This document shows positions 50,167 through 60,579 of a stretch of DNA of 64,000 bases, one piece after another. The notes beneath the pieces were generated by a model. The model was given only the letters and a program-made list of their open reading frames with translations. It was not told the DNA's origin and ran no database searches. Every line of letters starts with the position of its first letter. The first letter of the stretch is position 1. Origin of the DNA: Candidatus Chisholmbacteria bacterium (GTDB taxonomy: Bacteria > Patescibacteriota > Microgenomatia > UBA1400 > Chisholmbacteraceae); contig CAVPHZ010000002.1 of the NCBI GenBank assembly GCA_963704905.1, positions 139,011 through 203,010 of the forward strand, written 5' to 3'. The position numbers and the translations under genes are program-made.

Positions 50167-50604
50167 ATGGAACTATTTTCTCTTGAAATTATTTCTCAAG
50201 AAACTGTCTTATATCAAGATACCGCGGACTCGGTTACTGCACCTGCCAGCGAGGGAGAAGTAACTATTCTTTCACACCATGCACCCTTTTTCACAAAAAT
50301 GAATCCGGGAACGATTACCATTCGAAAATCTGGGAAACAAAGCTCGATTATCACAGGTGCAGGCTTTATCGATGTATCTCCAAACAATAAGGTAACAATA
50401 CTAGCAGATAGTGCGACACGGGTTGAAGATATTGATATCAAGCAAGCTGAGGAGGCAAAACGTCGGGCGGAACAAATGTTAGAGGAGCATAAAAAACTTT
50501 CAAAAATAGAAGTATTACGTACCGAAGCCTCTTTAAAAAAAGCCGTACTGGAGCTCAAAGCAGCCAAAATAAAACGCCGACAGACAAGCCCCTTTTCTTC
50601 CTAA
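50167..50604 (+). CDS. atpC: F0F1 ATP synthase subunit epsilon
   Basis: N-terminal beta-sandwich (LEIISQETVLY..VTAPASEGEVTILSHHAPF) plus a C-terminal helical hairpin. Last gene of the operon. Confidence 0.85.
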   Translation: MELFSLEIISQETVLYQDTADSVTAPASEGEVTILSHHAPFFTKMNPGTITIRKSGKQSSIITGAGFIDVSPNNKVTILADSATRVEDIDIKQAEEAKRRAEQMLEEHKKLSKIEVLRTEASLKKAVLELKAAKIKRRQTSPFSS

Positions 50605-50627
50605 CTTGACTCCGTTACAATGAGCGC

Positions 50628-51107
50628 GTGAACATTCTCGGGATTGATCCAGGTATCGCCAGAACGGGTTGGGGAGTGATAGATATGAGCAGTGGTGAAG
50701 CAAAAACGGTTAGTTTCGACTGCATAGAAACACATAAAACGCAAAGTGATAATGAGCGTTTAGTCAAGCTTCACAACGAAATCAAAATCATCATTAAAAA
50801 ACATAAACCTGATGTTGCAGCAATTGAAAGTTTATTTTTTAACACGAATGCAAAAACAGCCTTAACTGTTGGACAGGCAAGAGGAGTGGTAATTTTAGCG
50901 CTTGCTCAAGAAAATGTTAATATTGCCCATTACACCCCTCTTCAGGTTAAGATAGCAATAACTGGATATGGAAGAGCAGATAAAAATCAACTTCAACAAA
51001 TGGTCAAGACGCTACTTAATTTAGAACAAGTTCCCAAACCCGACGATGTGGCCGACGCACTTTCTATAGCACTCACTCACGCTTATTCCAGAAAACACGA
51101 AGCATGA
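50628..51107 (+). CDS. ruvC: Holliday junction resolvase RuvC
   Basis: GTG start. ILGIDPGIARTGWGV and DAADALSIALTHA are the RNase-H-fold catalytic residues. Confidence 0.9.
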   Translation: MNILGIDPGIARTGWGVIDMSSGEAKTVSFDCIETHKTQSDNERLVKLHNEIKIIIKKHKPDVAAIESLFFNTNAKTALTVGQARGVVILALAQENVNIAHYTPLQVKIAITGYGRADKNQLQQMVKTLLNLEQVPKPDDVADALSIALTHAYSRKHEA

Positions 51108-51685
51108 TAGGAAAACTCAAGGGAACTATTGACTACATTCACCAAAGCACGTTATTTATAAACGTGAATGATATAAGCTATCGAGTCTCTGTTCCAGTGA
51201 AAACGCTTTTGAAGTTAAACAAAACAGGAACGACAGTAGAACTCTTTATCCACACGTACGTAAGAGAGGATATGCTGAGCTTATATGGATTCCAAACAGC
51301 TGAGGAACTGTTTCTATTTGAAACATTAATCTCTGTCTCAGGTGTAGGAGCTCGTCTTGGTTTAGCTGTTCTCTCGTCAGGAACTGTAGACGAAGTCACC
51401 AACGCAGTGATCAATGCCGATGTGGACTTTTTCCAATCGATTTCAGGAATTGGTAAAAAAAGTGCCCAACGCATCATCGTTGAGCTAAAAACTGTGTTGG
51501 GGGATAAAAAAGATATCGACCTTACTGATAAACATCTCCCTTCATTCAAAGAGACGATGGAGGCCTTAAGGCACTTTGGTTTTAGTGTAGAAGAAGCCCG
51601 CGAAGCTATAAAAAATGTAAAGAATTCCAAAGAATTAAGTTCAGAGGAACTCATCAAAGAAACACTAAGAATGTTAGGAAACTAG
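51104..51685 (+). CDS. ruvA: Holliday junction branch-migration protein RuvA
   Basis: OB domain, two HhH motifs ([26 protein letters not shown]), and a C-terminal RuvB-binding domain. ATGA overlap with ruvC. Confidence 0.85.
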   Translation: MIGKLKGTIDYIHQSTLFINVNDISYRVSVPVKTLLKLNKTGTTVELFIHTYVREDMLSLYGFQTAEELFLFETLISVSGVGARLGLAVLSSGTVDEVTNAVINADVDFFQSISGIGKKSAQRIIVELKTVLGDKKDIDLTDKHLPSFKETMEALRHFGFSVEEAREAIKNVKNSKELSSEELIKETLRMLGN

Positions 51686-51686
51686 T

Positions 51687-52700
51687 ATGAGCAAAAAAAC
51701 AATTGCAACAGAAAAAAAGAAACGGGGACCGGCAATTCGTCCTAAAAAACTTTCTGAATTCTATGGTCAAGAAAAAGTTAAGAAAAAACTCAAGACATTT
51801 CTTCAAGCAGCACAAAAAAGAAATGAACCGCTGGAACACATCCTTTTCTATGGTCCTCCGGGGCTGGGAAAAACCACCATCGCACATGTCATCGCCAATG
51901 AAATCGGCAGCCAAATTCGTGTCACATCCGGTCCAGCTATTGAACGTGCTGGAGATCTAGCCTCAATTCTTACGAATCTAAAAGATCGCGACATTCTCTT
52001 TATCGATGAAATTCATCGCCTTAGTAAAGTTGTTGAAGAAACGCTCTATCCTGCCATGGAAGACTTTTTTCTTGATATTGTCATAGGAAAAGGACCTTCA
52101 GCCCGAACTCTTCGACTGGAAGTTCCGCAAATTACCGTCATTGGAGCCACCACTCGAATTGGATTACTTTCCTCACCGCTTCGCGATCGTTTTGGGGCCA
52201 TCCATCGGGTTGAGTTTTATACTGATGATGAACTCTGTCAAATCATTATGCGTGCTGCAGATATTTTAGGTATTAGCATAAATGAAAATATAGCTATGGA
52301 AATTGCTAAATCCTCAAGAGGTACTCCAAGAATTGCGAACCGCCTTCTTCGCCGGGTTCGCGATTATGCGCAAGTGCATGCGGATGGAGAATTCACCAGT
52401 ATCATCATCGAAGACGCACTCAAGATGCTTGAAGTTGACAAAGCTGGATTAGATAAATCGGATAGAAGAATACTTGAAGCTATCATCCATACCCATGGTG
52501 GAGGACCAGTGGGAATTGAAACGATTGCGGCAACAATTTCTGAAGACATTGATACACTTATCGATGTGCACGAGCCATTCTTACTTCAAATTGGCTTTCT
52601 GAAACGTACACCTCGCGGAAGAATAGCATCGCAACAAGCCTACAAACACCTAAAAATCCCATTTCCAAAAAAGACTAAAGATCAACAAGAACTTTTCTAG
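51687..52700 (+). CDS. ruvB: Holliday junction ATP-dependent DNA helicase RuvB
   Basis: Walker [10 protein letters not shown], Walker [10 protein letters not shown], sensor GATTR, and a winged-helix C-terminus. Confidence 0.95.
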   Translation: MSKKTIATEKKKRGPAIRPKKLSEFYGQEKVKKKLKTFLQAAQKRNEPLEHILFYGPPGLGKTTIAHVIANEIGSQIRVTSGPAIERAGDLASILTNLKDRDILFIDEIHRLSKVVEETLYPAMEDFFLDIVIGKGPSARTLRLEVPQITVIGATTRIGLLSSPLRDRFGAIHRVEFYTDDELCQIIMRAADILGISINENIAMEIAKSSRGTPRIANRLLRRVRDYAQVHADGEFTSIIIEDALKMLEVDKAGLDKSDRRILEAIIHTHGGGPVGIETIAATISEDIDTLIDVHEPFLLQIGFLKRTPRGRIASQQAYKHLKIPFPKKTKDQQELF

Positions 52701-52703
52701 CAT

Positions 52704-53255
52704 ATGGATGGCATAATTGATCTAGTGAACAATCTTCTTGCACTCTTTACCATCATAGGAGGTGTGGTGGTCATCACAATGGGTACTCTCCTGATAGTAA
52801 GAAAGAAAAGCGACTCATACAAAAATCTGAAATCTGTGTTTAATCTACTTGAAGCAAATGCGTTGACTGCTTCATTTATAGTCGCTTCCCTTTCAACTCT
52901 AGGAAGTCTGTTTTACTCAGAAGTAGCAAATTACACACCATGTAAACTCTGCTGGATTCAGCGCATCTTCATGTATCCTCAAATGATTCTGCTTGGAATT
53001 GCCACGGTGAAAAATGATAAATCAATAGCAAGTTATCTACTACCGTTAAACATCATTGGCGGACTCTTTTCAGCCTATCACTATAATCTTCAGATTAATC
53101 CCAACGCAGTTGCTCCTTGTACTACGGTCGGATATTCACTGGGGTGCTCTGAGCGCTTCGTGCTCCAATACGGCTACATCACCATCCCCATGATGGCACT
53201 CACTGCGTTCACGATGATCACACTATTCTTGGTATTAGTTCGTAGATCGAAGTAA
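52704..53255 (+). CDS. DsbB/BdbC-family disulfide bond formation membrane protein
   Basis: Four TM helices with a first-loop CKLCWIQR (CxxC) and a second Cys pair (PCTT..LGCSE). Confidence 0.7.
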   Translation: MDGIIDLVNNLLALFTIIGGVVVITMGTLLIVRKKSDSYKNLKSVFNLLEANALTASFIVASLSTLGSLFYSEVANYTPCKLCWIQRIFMYPQMILLGIATVKNDKSIASYLLPLNIIGGLFSAYHYNLQINPNAVAPCTTVGYSLGCSERFVLQYGYITIPMMALTAFTMITLFLVLVRRSK

Positions 53256-53299
53256 TTCATGATTGACGATATCACTTAAGTTCGGGTATATTTGGGGAT

Positions 53300-54004
53300 A
53301 TGTGTGGACGATTTCTCTTGATCAGTAATGAGAAAAAACTTCGCAAGCGCTTTCATGCACGCTCTGAAGAAAAGTTAGACCTAAAACCAAACTACAACAC
53401 CGCTCCCACCCAACAAACTCCAATTGTTTTTAAAAGAAGTCCAAATCACCTTGAATTTGCACAATTTGGTCTTATTCCTTTTTGGAGCAAAAAACCAAAA
53501 ACCAGCTACAGCACGATCAATGCCAAAAGCGAAACCGCAATCACCTCTCGTCTGTACAGCAAACCTTTACGTTTCCAGCGTTGTCTCGTCCCATCCAACG
53601 GATTTGTTGAGTGGAAGCGCTGCGGAAAAGACAAGCAACCATATCTCTTCGAGCACCAAGACGGCGAGCCATTTGCTATGGCTGGGATTTGGTCGCAGTG
53701 GCAAGGGGTAGATCAAACCATTCTTTCCTTCTCTATCATGACCCAAGCTGCATCAAAGATCATGGAACCCATTCACGACCGCCAACCTGTGGTTCTACGA
53801 AAAAAAGACGAAGATCGATGGCTATCAAAAAATAGTACAGAATTTGATGACATTCGAGACCTTCTGAAAGTAAGAGACTACACTGATGAATTTGAGCGCT
53901 ACCCAATTTCAAAACAGATAAATAACGTTCGAAATAATAGCATTCGAAATTTGGATCGTGTCAAACCTCTTTTCGATCCGCTATCCGAACAATTCCCATA
54001 TTGA
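53300..54004 (+). CDS. SOS-response-associated peptidase (SRAP/YedK family, abasic-site processing)
   Basis: N-terminal MCGRF with the catalytic Cys2, ..NARSET.. (here NAKSET), and AMAGIW. Confidence 0.85.
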   Translation: MCGRFLLISNEKKLRKRFHARSEEKLDLKPNYNTAPTQQTPIVFKRSPNHLEFAQFGLIPFWSKKPKTSYSTINAKSETAITSRLYSKPLRFQRCLVPSNGFVEWKRCGKDKQPYLFEHQDGEPFAMAGIWSQWQGVDQTILSFSIMTQAASKIMEPIHDRQPVVLRKKDEDRWLSKNSTEFDDIRDLLKVRDYTDEFERYPISKQINNVRNNSIRNLDRVKPLFDPLSEQFPY

Positions 54005-54285
54005 CATTCGGGAATAAATTCGGGTATGGTTTGGGTATGTACCAAACAATACACGAAAATATTATTGTTTCCGGTAGCTTCAAAAACGCTTCATTTAAAC
54101 CAGAAAAATTCGAGTGGAACCGCAAAGACTTTCAAATCGATGAAATCACCAGCCTTCACAACCTTCGCGATGGGGGAGTAAAAAAGCGCCGCTACGCCGT
54201 AGTTTCCAGCGGAAATCTCTACCTTCTCGAATACAACCTCGATAAGGAAACTTGGATATTAGAGCAAATTTGGATTGAAGGATAA
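54001..54285 (+). CDS. Hypothetical small protein between the SRAP gene and dinB
   Basis: ORF of 82-94 aa (TTG 54001 or ATG 54037), coupled at both ends: TTGA with the upstream gene and TAATATG with dinB. No motif recognised. Confidence 0.35.
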   Translation: MTFGNKFGYGLGMYQTIHENIIVSGSFKNASFKPEKFEWNRKDFQIDEITSLHNLRDGGVKKRRYAVVSSGNLYLLEYNLDKETWILEQIWIEG

Positions 54286-54286
54286 T

Positions 54287-55522
54287 ATGAAAAAAACCAT
54301 CTTTCATATCGACCTCAACTCCTATTTCGCCACTGTTGAACAGCAACAAAATCCACATCTTCGCGGAAAACCGGTCGGCATCATCAAAGACATTGGTCGC
54401 ATGTGCATCGTCGCTGCCAGTAAAGAAGCCAAGCAAGTTGGCATCAAGACCGGTAGCAACGTTCCAGAAGCCAGGGCCAAAGCACCCAATCTCGTTCTTG
54501 TCAAAGCCGATTTTGACAAATATTTTTATTATACCCAACGGTTTTATTTGCTCATCAAGTCATTTAGTCCTGATGTCAGTTTATTTTCCCTGGACGAAGC
54601 CTTCATTGACGCCACCAACTGTCTCAAGCTGTACACCACCGATGATTTGGCAATAAAAATTCAGGAGCGAATCTATAAAGATATGGGCGATTGGGTGACC
54701 GCCTCAATTGGCATTGCCAAGAATCGCATGCTTGCCAAGCTTGCTGGAGAATTCGCACCCAAAGGCGGCTATGTTCAAATAGACAAGGAAAATCTCGACC
54801 TGGCTCTTTCACTCATAAAAATCACGGATATTTGCGGTATTGGATCAAGGTTAGCCGGGAAGTTAAATGAGCTTGGAATCACCAATCCGCTGCAAATCCG
54901 CGACCTCGATGATAGATATCTAAAACAGCAGTTTGGACGATTTTGGGGACCGGAACTGAAGCGTATTTCCTACGGAGAAACCTCCCACGTTTTAAGCTTG
55001 CTGGACAGAAACCCGCACATGAAGGGAGTAGGCCGGACCATCACCGGTTACCGGCTATGCAACAGCGAGTTGGTCATCCGCCAAACCATCAGAAATCTTA
55101 TTGAAGAGGTAACCGCAAAAATGCGGGAAATGGATCTTGTTGGTCGCCACCTTTCCATTTTTCTTGAAGGTGAGGAACAAGTTTGGTACCGTCACCGCAC
55201 GCTCAAATATTACGTCAGACACCCAGATGAAGTGTTCGACATTCTCTACAACGGCTTTTATAAAATCTGGGGGCGCTCGTTTGAAGTCATTCGCTACGGA
55301 GTTCGTATCGATCAACTTCTACCAGCCAAGCAACTGACGTCATGCTGGCTTCCAGAGTGGAGAAGAAGGGAAAAAATCTGGAAAGCAGTTGATAGGGTGA
55401 ATCAAAAATACGGTCTGTTTACCGTTCGTTCAGCAGCACTCCTCAAATCGAAAATCATTCGACCCGAAGTCACTGGTTACTTGGGAGACAAAATATACCA
55501 ATTTCAAACCGGAAATAAATAA
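54287..55522 (+). CDS. dinB: DNA polymerase IV (Y family)
   Basis: IFHIDLNSYFATVEQ, SLDEAFID, and little-finger domain. ATG 54287 is preferred over the track's TTG 54275. Confidence 0.9.
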   Translation: MKKTIFHIDLNSYFATVEQQQNPHLRGKPVGIIKDIGRMCIVAASKEAKQVGIKTGSNVPEARAKAPNLVLVKADFDKYFYYTQRFYLLIKSFSPDVSLFSLDEAFIDATNCLKLYTTDDLAIKIQERIYKDMGDWVTASIGIAKNRMLAKLAGEFAPKGGYVQIDKENLDLALSLIKITDICGIGSRLAGKLNELGITNPLQIRDLDDRYLKQQFGRFWGPELKRISYGETSHVLSLLDRNPHMKGVGRTITGYRLCNSELVIRQTIRNLIEEVTAKMREMDLVGRHLSIFLEGEEQVWYRHRTLKYYVRHPDEVFDILYNGFYKIWGRSFEVIRYGVRIDQLLPAKQLTSCWLPEWRRREKIWKAVDRVNQKYGLFTVRSAALLKSKIIRPEVTGYLGDKIYQFQTGNK

Positions 55523-55750
55523 CCACATCGTAATACTCTCATACAATCAACTGCTAAACTTCACGATCGCGAAGTCATAATCATGATGGATAAGGAAAAT
55601 TAGAGCTATCAATGATCTTTGATGGGAAACGCTTGGAATCCATAAAAATGATCGAACAAATAAATCATTTTAATAGGAAATCAAATTTATTAGCTATGCT
55701 ATACTCGAGCTAATTCTCTCTCCTTTAAAAAAAGACAGGGGGTGAGGAAT

Positions 55751-56002
55751 ATGGCAAAAAGAAAAGTCGGAACCATCAATCATTACTTTAACAATATCGG
55801 TGTCGCAATTGTCGATCTCACAAGCAGCATTTCAACAGGAGATACGTTGGAAATCAAGACATCTCAAGTTGAATTTCAGCAAGTTGTCGATTCAATGGAA
55901 ATCGATTACCTCAAAGTTGAAAAAGCGAAAAAAGGGGATTCAGTCGGCGTGAAGGTTGATCAAAAAGTGAAAAAAAGTGATCCTGTCTACAAAGTAACCT
56001 AG
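55751..56002 (+). CDS. Small standalone beta-barrel protein resembling EF-Tu domain 2
   Basis: RBS GGGGGTGAGG. VGTINHYFNNIGVAIVDLTSSISTGDTLEI...VDSMEIDYLKVEKAKKGDSVGVKVD resembles the GTP_EFTU_D2 beta-barrel pattern. The call is tentative. Confidence 0.4.
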   Translation: MAKRKVGTINHYFNNIGVAIVDLTSSISTGDTLEIKTSQVEFQQVVDSMEIDYLKVEKAKKGDSVGVKVDQKVKKSDPVYKVT

Positions 56003-56034
56003 ATTTAAAGAAAAAATATATTCAACAGTGTCAT

Positions 56035-56418
56035 ATGGATTTTCTTAGTGCTCCAGATATTCAAAAGCGAATCAATACTCTTCTGCGAAGAATAGATCTC
56101 CCTCACATCGATAATAAACGCGTTATCAGTATGCGGAGTAAGGGCTCGACCTCACGCGCCCGAGCCAGAATCTGGAGTTTTCCCAGGATATGGCAGTTAG
56201 CTTTGAAACAAAAACCTCATTATGTTATAGAGGTTCTTTCAGAGAAATTTGACAACTTAAGTCACGATGATCAAACACGAGTCTTAATTCACGAACTCAT
56301 GCACATTCCCAAAACCTTTTCCGGTGCACTTCTTCCTCACAAGGGAAGAGGAAAGAGGAGAATCGACCATCGTTCGGTAGAGGTGTTGTTTAAACAATAC
56401 AAAGAAAAACTGAAATGA
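56035..56418 (+). CDS. Hypothetical HExxH protein (putative zinc metallopeptidase-like)
   Basis: VLIHELMHIPK is an HExxH motif in a 127-aa basic protein. Family not identified. Confidence 0.4.
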   Translation: MDFLSAPDIQKRINTLLRRIDLPHIDNKRVISMRSKGSTSRARARIWSFPRIWQLALKQKPHYVIEVLSEKFDNLSHDDQTRVLIHELMHIPKTFSGALLPHKGRGKRRIDHRSVEVLFKQYKEKLK

Positions 56419-57110
56419 CTATAGTGCTCCACGGCGACAACAATGTCGCAAGCAGAATTGCGTTAAATGAACACATAGCACAGATAAAAAAGACAGGTGA
56501 TGAAGAAATAATCCGTCTTGATGGAGAAAAACTTGATCTTACAGAGCTTAAACAAGCACTCGAGTCACAAAGTCTATTTGGTTCAGAGAGGCTCGTAGTA
56601 ATAGAAAATCTTCTCAGCCGTCAACGTTCTAAAACCAAAGATGCGCTATTGGACTATGTCGGATCCCAAGAATATATAACGCAGTTAATCCTCTGGGAAA
56701 AAAAGCAAGCCACCGCAGCCCAGTTGAAAAAAATAAAAAATATCAAGCAAACACTGTTTAAAATATCTCCAAAAATATTTAAGTTTCTCGATTCGATTGC
56801 ACCCAACAACACAAAACAGATGCTGCTAATTCTCAAAGAAACCAAACAAATTGACGCTGCAGAGCTCATTTTCTATATGTTTCACCGTAGAGTAAGTGAC
56901 TTGATCGTAGCCAATAACCTTGGTAATCAGGGTCTCAATGGTATGCAACCTTGGCAAAAGCAACGTCTCGTAAGCCAAGCAAAGCGATTTGACTTGCAGC
57001 AATTACTGAACCTGCACAAAAAGCTGTACAAAATTGAACTTGATACCAAAACCGGTCGTAGTCCGCTTGAATTATCATCTATGCTTGACCTCATAGTTGC
57101 TGAAATCTAA
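56415..57110 (+). CDS. holA: DNA polymerase III delta subunit, short form
   Basis: IVLHGDNN...LDGEKLDLTELKQALESQSLFGSERLVVIENL.. matches the HolA N-terminal pattern, with a C-terminal helical domain. ATGA overlap with the upstream gene. Shorter than typical delta subunits. Confidence 0.55.
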   Translation: MTIVLHGDNNVASRIALNEHIAQIKKTGDEEIIRLDGEKLDLTELKQALESQSLFGSERLVVIENLLSRQRSKTKDALLDYVGSQEYITQLILWEKKQATAAQLKKIKNIKQTLFKISPKIFKFLDSIAPNNTKQMLLILKETKQIDAAELIFYMFHRRVSDLIVANNLGNQGLNGMQPWQKQRLVSQAKRFDLQQLLNLHKKLYKIELDTKTGRSPLELSSMLDLIVAEI

Positions 57111-57237
57111 AATGAAACCCTATTCCCATGAGGATCAATATCTTCTTTTACACACAAGTCCATTTCACAACCTTCTCAAATCCGTTAAATTTCCGAATGT
57201 TCAAACCAAATAGTATAGTATTTTAATAAGGAGCAAG

Positions 57238-58656
57238 ATGAACATCGTAAAAAATATCAGTAAATCAATTTTTCGCGGATACGACATTAGAGGGTTTGTA
57301 GATAAAGATTTAAACATTGATGTGTACTACACTCTAGGGAGAGCCTATGCTACATTTCTCCATCAAAGACGAATAAAAGAATCAACCATCGGTCGTGATA
57401 ATCGCCTCACCAGCCAACAATACTCCAAAGCATTCATCAAAGGTTTAAACAATGGTGGTATTCATACCATTGACATGGGATTGAGCCTCAGTCAAATTGT
57501 CTACTTTTCCTCGTATGAATTTAAAACCAAAGGTGGCGCAATGATCACCGCATCTCATAATCCCAAAGAATACAATGGTCTAAAACTCAGTGTTGGGTAT
57601 TCAGATACGATGATCACCGAGGAAATTCAACAAATGAGAAAGCTAGTTCAAAAAGGTAAATTCTCCACCGGTAATGGAATATATCGGCAGGTTGATGTAT
57701 TTCCTGCATACAAAAAAGATATTCTTAAACATTTCGATTTACATAGGAAATGGAAAGTTGTTGTTGAGGCCTGCAATACAACATCGGGTATGTTTTATCC
57801 GACAATATTTAGAGATGCTGGCTGTGAGGTTGTTGAACAAAACTGCAATCTCGATGGTAATTTCCCACTTGGTGCCCCAGACCCAACTGAAAGTGAAGTA
57901 CTTGAAAGACTCGCCAGAAGGGTAAAAAAGGAACAAGCCGATATTGGTTTTGCCTATGATACAGATGGTGATCGCATGGCTGTCGTAGATGAAAATGGGA
58001 GTGTTCTATGGATGGATACGATAGTTGCACTTTTTGCTCAGGATGTACTCGACTTTATCCCTGGTGCACCAATTGTCTACAACACCCTTTGTAGCAGACA
58101 AGTAACCGAAGCTATTGAAAAGGCTGGTGGAAAGCCAGTCATGTGGCTTACCGGCCATTCCTTCATCAAAGCCAAGGTAAAAGAAGTACGGTCACCGTTT
58201 GGTGGAGAGCTTTCAGGTCACATCTTCTTTATGGACAATTTCTACGGCCATGATGATGGGGCATATGCCAGCTTAAGACTTCTTCAGTATTTGGAAAGGA
58301 AAGGACAAGTACTCTCAGAAGCTGTGGCAAAACTCAGTCACTATGTCAGCAGTCCTGAGATTAAATTAGGTCTGGCTGATAATATTAAATTCAAATTCAT
58401 CAATACGGTTATCAGAGCAGATTTTAAAAAATTCTGGCCAAATGCCAAGTATATTGATATCGATGGTATCCGCATGGATAGCGATAACACCATGGCAATC
58501 ATTAGAGCTAGTCAAAATGGTCCATATGTAACGGTGAAGTTTGAAGGTAAAACAGAAGATTTGTATAAAAAAGTTAAAAGTGTGCTTCAAAGAATACTGA
58601 AAAGTCACAAAGAAATCGACTGGAGCTACGGTGTAAACACCGATGCACTAAACTAA
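57238..58656 (+). CDS. Phosphoglucomutase/phosphomannomutase (alpha-D-phosphohexomutase family)
   Basis: Active-site loop ITASHNPKEYNGLKL, metal-binding FAYDTDGDR, and sugar-binding GELSGH. Confidence 0.85.
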   Translation: MNIVKNISKSIFRGYDIRGFVDKDLNIDVYYTLGRAYATFLHQRRIKESTIGRDNRLTSQQYSKAFIKGLNNGGIHTIDMGLSLSQIVYFSSYEFKTKGGAMITASHNPKEYNGLKLSVGYSDTMITEEIQQMRKLVQKGKFSTGNGIYRQVDVFPAYKKDILKHFDLHRKWKVVVEACNTTSGMFYPTIFRDAGCEVVEQNCNLDGNFPLGAPDPTESEVLERLARRVKKEQADIGFAYDTDGDRMAVVDENGSVLWMDTIVALFAQDVLDFIPGAPIVYNTLCSRQVTEAIEKAGGKPVMWLTGHSFIKAKVKEVRSPFGGELSGHIFFMDNFYGHDDGAYASLRLLQYLERKGQVLSEAVAKLSHYVSSPEIKLGLADNIKFKFINTVIRADFKKFWPNAKYIDIDGIRMDSDNTMAIIRASQNGPYVTVKFEGKTEDLYKKVKSVLQRILKSHKEIDWSYGVNTDALN

Positions 58657-58657
58657 T

Positions 58658-59449
58658 ATGGATCTTCACTTCACTTTAAAATTCGCTGAACAACTAGCTG
58701 TTAAAACTGGTGAGCAAATCTTAGAAAAGCAGAAACACATTAAAATAATTGCATTTAAAGACAGGCAGGATATTGTCACCAACGCCGATCTTGATGCTGA
58801 ACAGTCGATCATCAGAAAAATCAAAGGGTTATTTCCATCACATAGAATTTACTCCGAAGAAGAGGGAAGTGTTGAAGGTAGCTCTGAATACGAATGGATT
58901 ATTGATCCCATTGACGGAACTAAAGAATTTGTCAGAGGGCTTCCCAGTTTCAGCACCTGCTTTGCTTTAGAAAAAAACGGTCAAGCAATTCTTTCAGTGC
59001 TCTACGAACCTGTGGCTAGAAAGCTCTATAGCGCCGCAAAAAATATCGGTGCGTATGAAGATGGGAAAAAGGTAAATGTGAATGCACAGTCAAGTCTCGA
59101 AAATTCATTTGTCTACGCGTATCTTCCTCATCATCAGTATGACGCTCAGGTAGCTGAAAAATTGTGGAATGCCATAGAAAAGCTTTCTCGTAAAACGTAC
59201 AGAATTAGAGGAATTGCGGCTGAAGCCCTAGCCATGTGCTGGGTTGCCAGTGGAAAAATCGAAGCTTTTATCAGTCAAAATACGTTTGCAGGCTGGTATG
59301 ACATCATTCCTGGGCTCTTCATTGCTAAAGAAGCCGGTGCAACAGTCACTGGCATCGATGGAAATAAGTTCACAAAAGATAGATTATCGAATGGTTTCAT
59401 CATCTCAAACGGAAAAATCCACTCCCAGTTGATAAAAATTATGAAATAA
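58658..59449 (+). CDS. suhB: Inositol monophosphatase family protein
   Basis: WIIDPIDGTKEF (motif A) and a C-terminal WD..AG motif. Confidence 0.85.
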   Translation: MDLHFTLKFAEQLAVKTGEQILEKQKHIKIIAFKDRQDIVTNADLDAEQSIIRKIKGLFPSHRIYSEEEGSVEGSSEYEWIIDPIDGTKEFVRGLPSFSTCFALEKNGQAILSVLYEPVARKLYSAAKNIGAYEDGKKVNVNAQSSLENSFVYAYLPHHQYDAQVAEKLWNAIEKLSRKTYRIRGIAAEALAMCWVASGKIEAFISQNTFAGWYDIIPGLFIAKEAGATVTGIDGNKFTKDRLSNGFIISNGKIHSQLIKIMK

Positions 59450-59458
59450 GGAGAACTC

Positions 59459-60538
59459 ATGACTATTTTAGATGATCTTAAAGCCATAAAAAAACTGGAT
59501 CCTTCCAACGTGCTCGAATCGACAGCCATGTTTCCGGATCAATGCAATCAAGCATGGCAGGAAAGTTCTAAAATACATTTTCCTGAGCGTTTTAAAAAAG
59601 CCAGAAACATAGTTGTCTGTGGTATGGGAGGATCTCGATTTACCCCGAAAACCATTAAGTACTTATTTATTGATCGCATCACAGTGCCATACGAAATCAT
59701 TGAAGGATATTCTCTGCCTCGGTACGTAGGAAAGAATACACTCGTGATACTCTCATCCTATTCAGGAACAACTGAGGAGGTTGTTGCATGTGGTATGGAT
59801 GCAGTAAAGCGAGGTGCTATGATGACTGCTGTTACAAAAGGTGGAACGCTTGAAAAGCTGATGAATGAATCGGACCTTCCGTTTTACAAACTTGACCCGA
59901 AACATAATCCCAGCGGACAGCCTAGAATTGCTGGCGGGTATCTTCTCATGGGACATGCAGGTGTACTATCATCGCTAGGGTATCTAAATATCAATGAAGA
60001 AGAAATAAATAAAGCAATAGCTTTCGCAAGAGAAGTTGGGAAAAGATATCTTGCCGATGTTAAAACCGAGAACAACCAAGCCAAAAAATTAGGATCATTT
60101 TTAATAGATAAACATCCAATCATCATCACTTCAGAATTTTTACGTGGTTTTGGGAATGGATTTGCCAATCAGATCAATGAGACTGCCAAGTTAATTTCTG
60201 ATTATCGGTATATTCCTGAACTAAATCACCATTTGATGGAGGGATTAAAACGTCCCGATACATTACATAAGACAGGAGTGTTTGTTTTTATAAACTCAAA
60301 ACTATATAGCGATCGCGTTCAAAAAAGATACAAAATCACAAAAGAAGTAGTCGAAAAGCAAGAAGTGAACACCCACAGTATTAATTTGCAAGGAACCAGT
60401 AAACTTGCTCAGATCTTGGAAGCATTTACATTATCCGGGTTTACTACGTTTTACATGGCTATGCTCTATAAAACAGATCCTGTAGCAATTCCATGGGTTG
60501 ATTATTTTAAAAAGAAACTCGGTCAACCTCTTCAATAA
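59459..60538 (+). CDS. SIS-domain bifunctional phosphoglucose/phosphomannose isomerase-like protein
   Basis: Two SIS-like halves (VVCGMGGSRF, ILSSYSGTTEE). Size and organisation match archaeal-type PGI/PMI. Context: sits between pgm and ppsA. Confidence 0.6.
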   Translation: MTILDDLKAIKKLDPSNVLESTAMFPDQCNQAWQESSKIHFPERFKKARNIVVCGMGGSRFTPKTIKYLFIDRITVPYEIIEGYSLPRYVGKNTLVILSSYSGTTEEVVACGMDAVKRGAMMTAVTKGGTLEKLMNESDLPFYKLDPKHNPSGQPRIAGGYLLMGHAGVLSSLGYLNINEEEINKAIAFAREVGKRYLADVKTENNQAKKLGSFLIDKHPIIITSEFLRGFGNGFANQINETAKLISDYRYIPELNHHLMEGLKRPDTLHKTGVFVFINSKLYSDRVQKRYKITKEVVEKQEVNTHSINLQGTSKLAQILEAFTLSGFTTFYMAMLYKTDPVAIPWVDYFKKKLGQPLQ

Positions 60539-60579
60539 GTTTTCTTGCAAATTTGTCTGGCTCTCCATACAATGATGCT

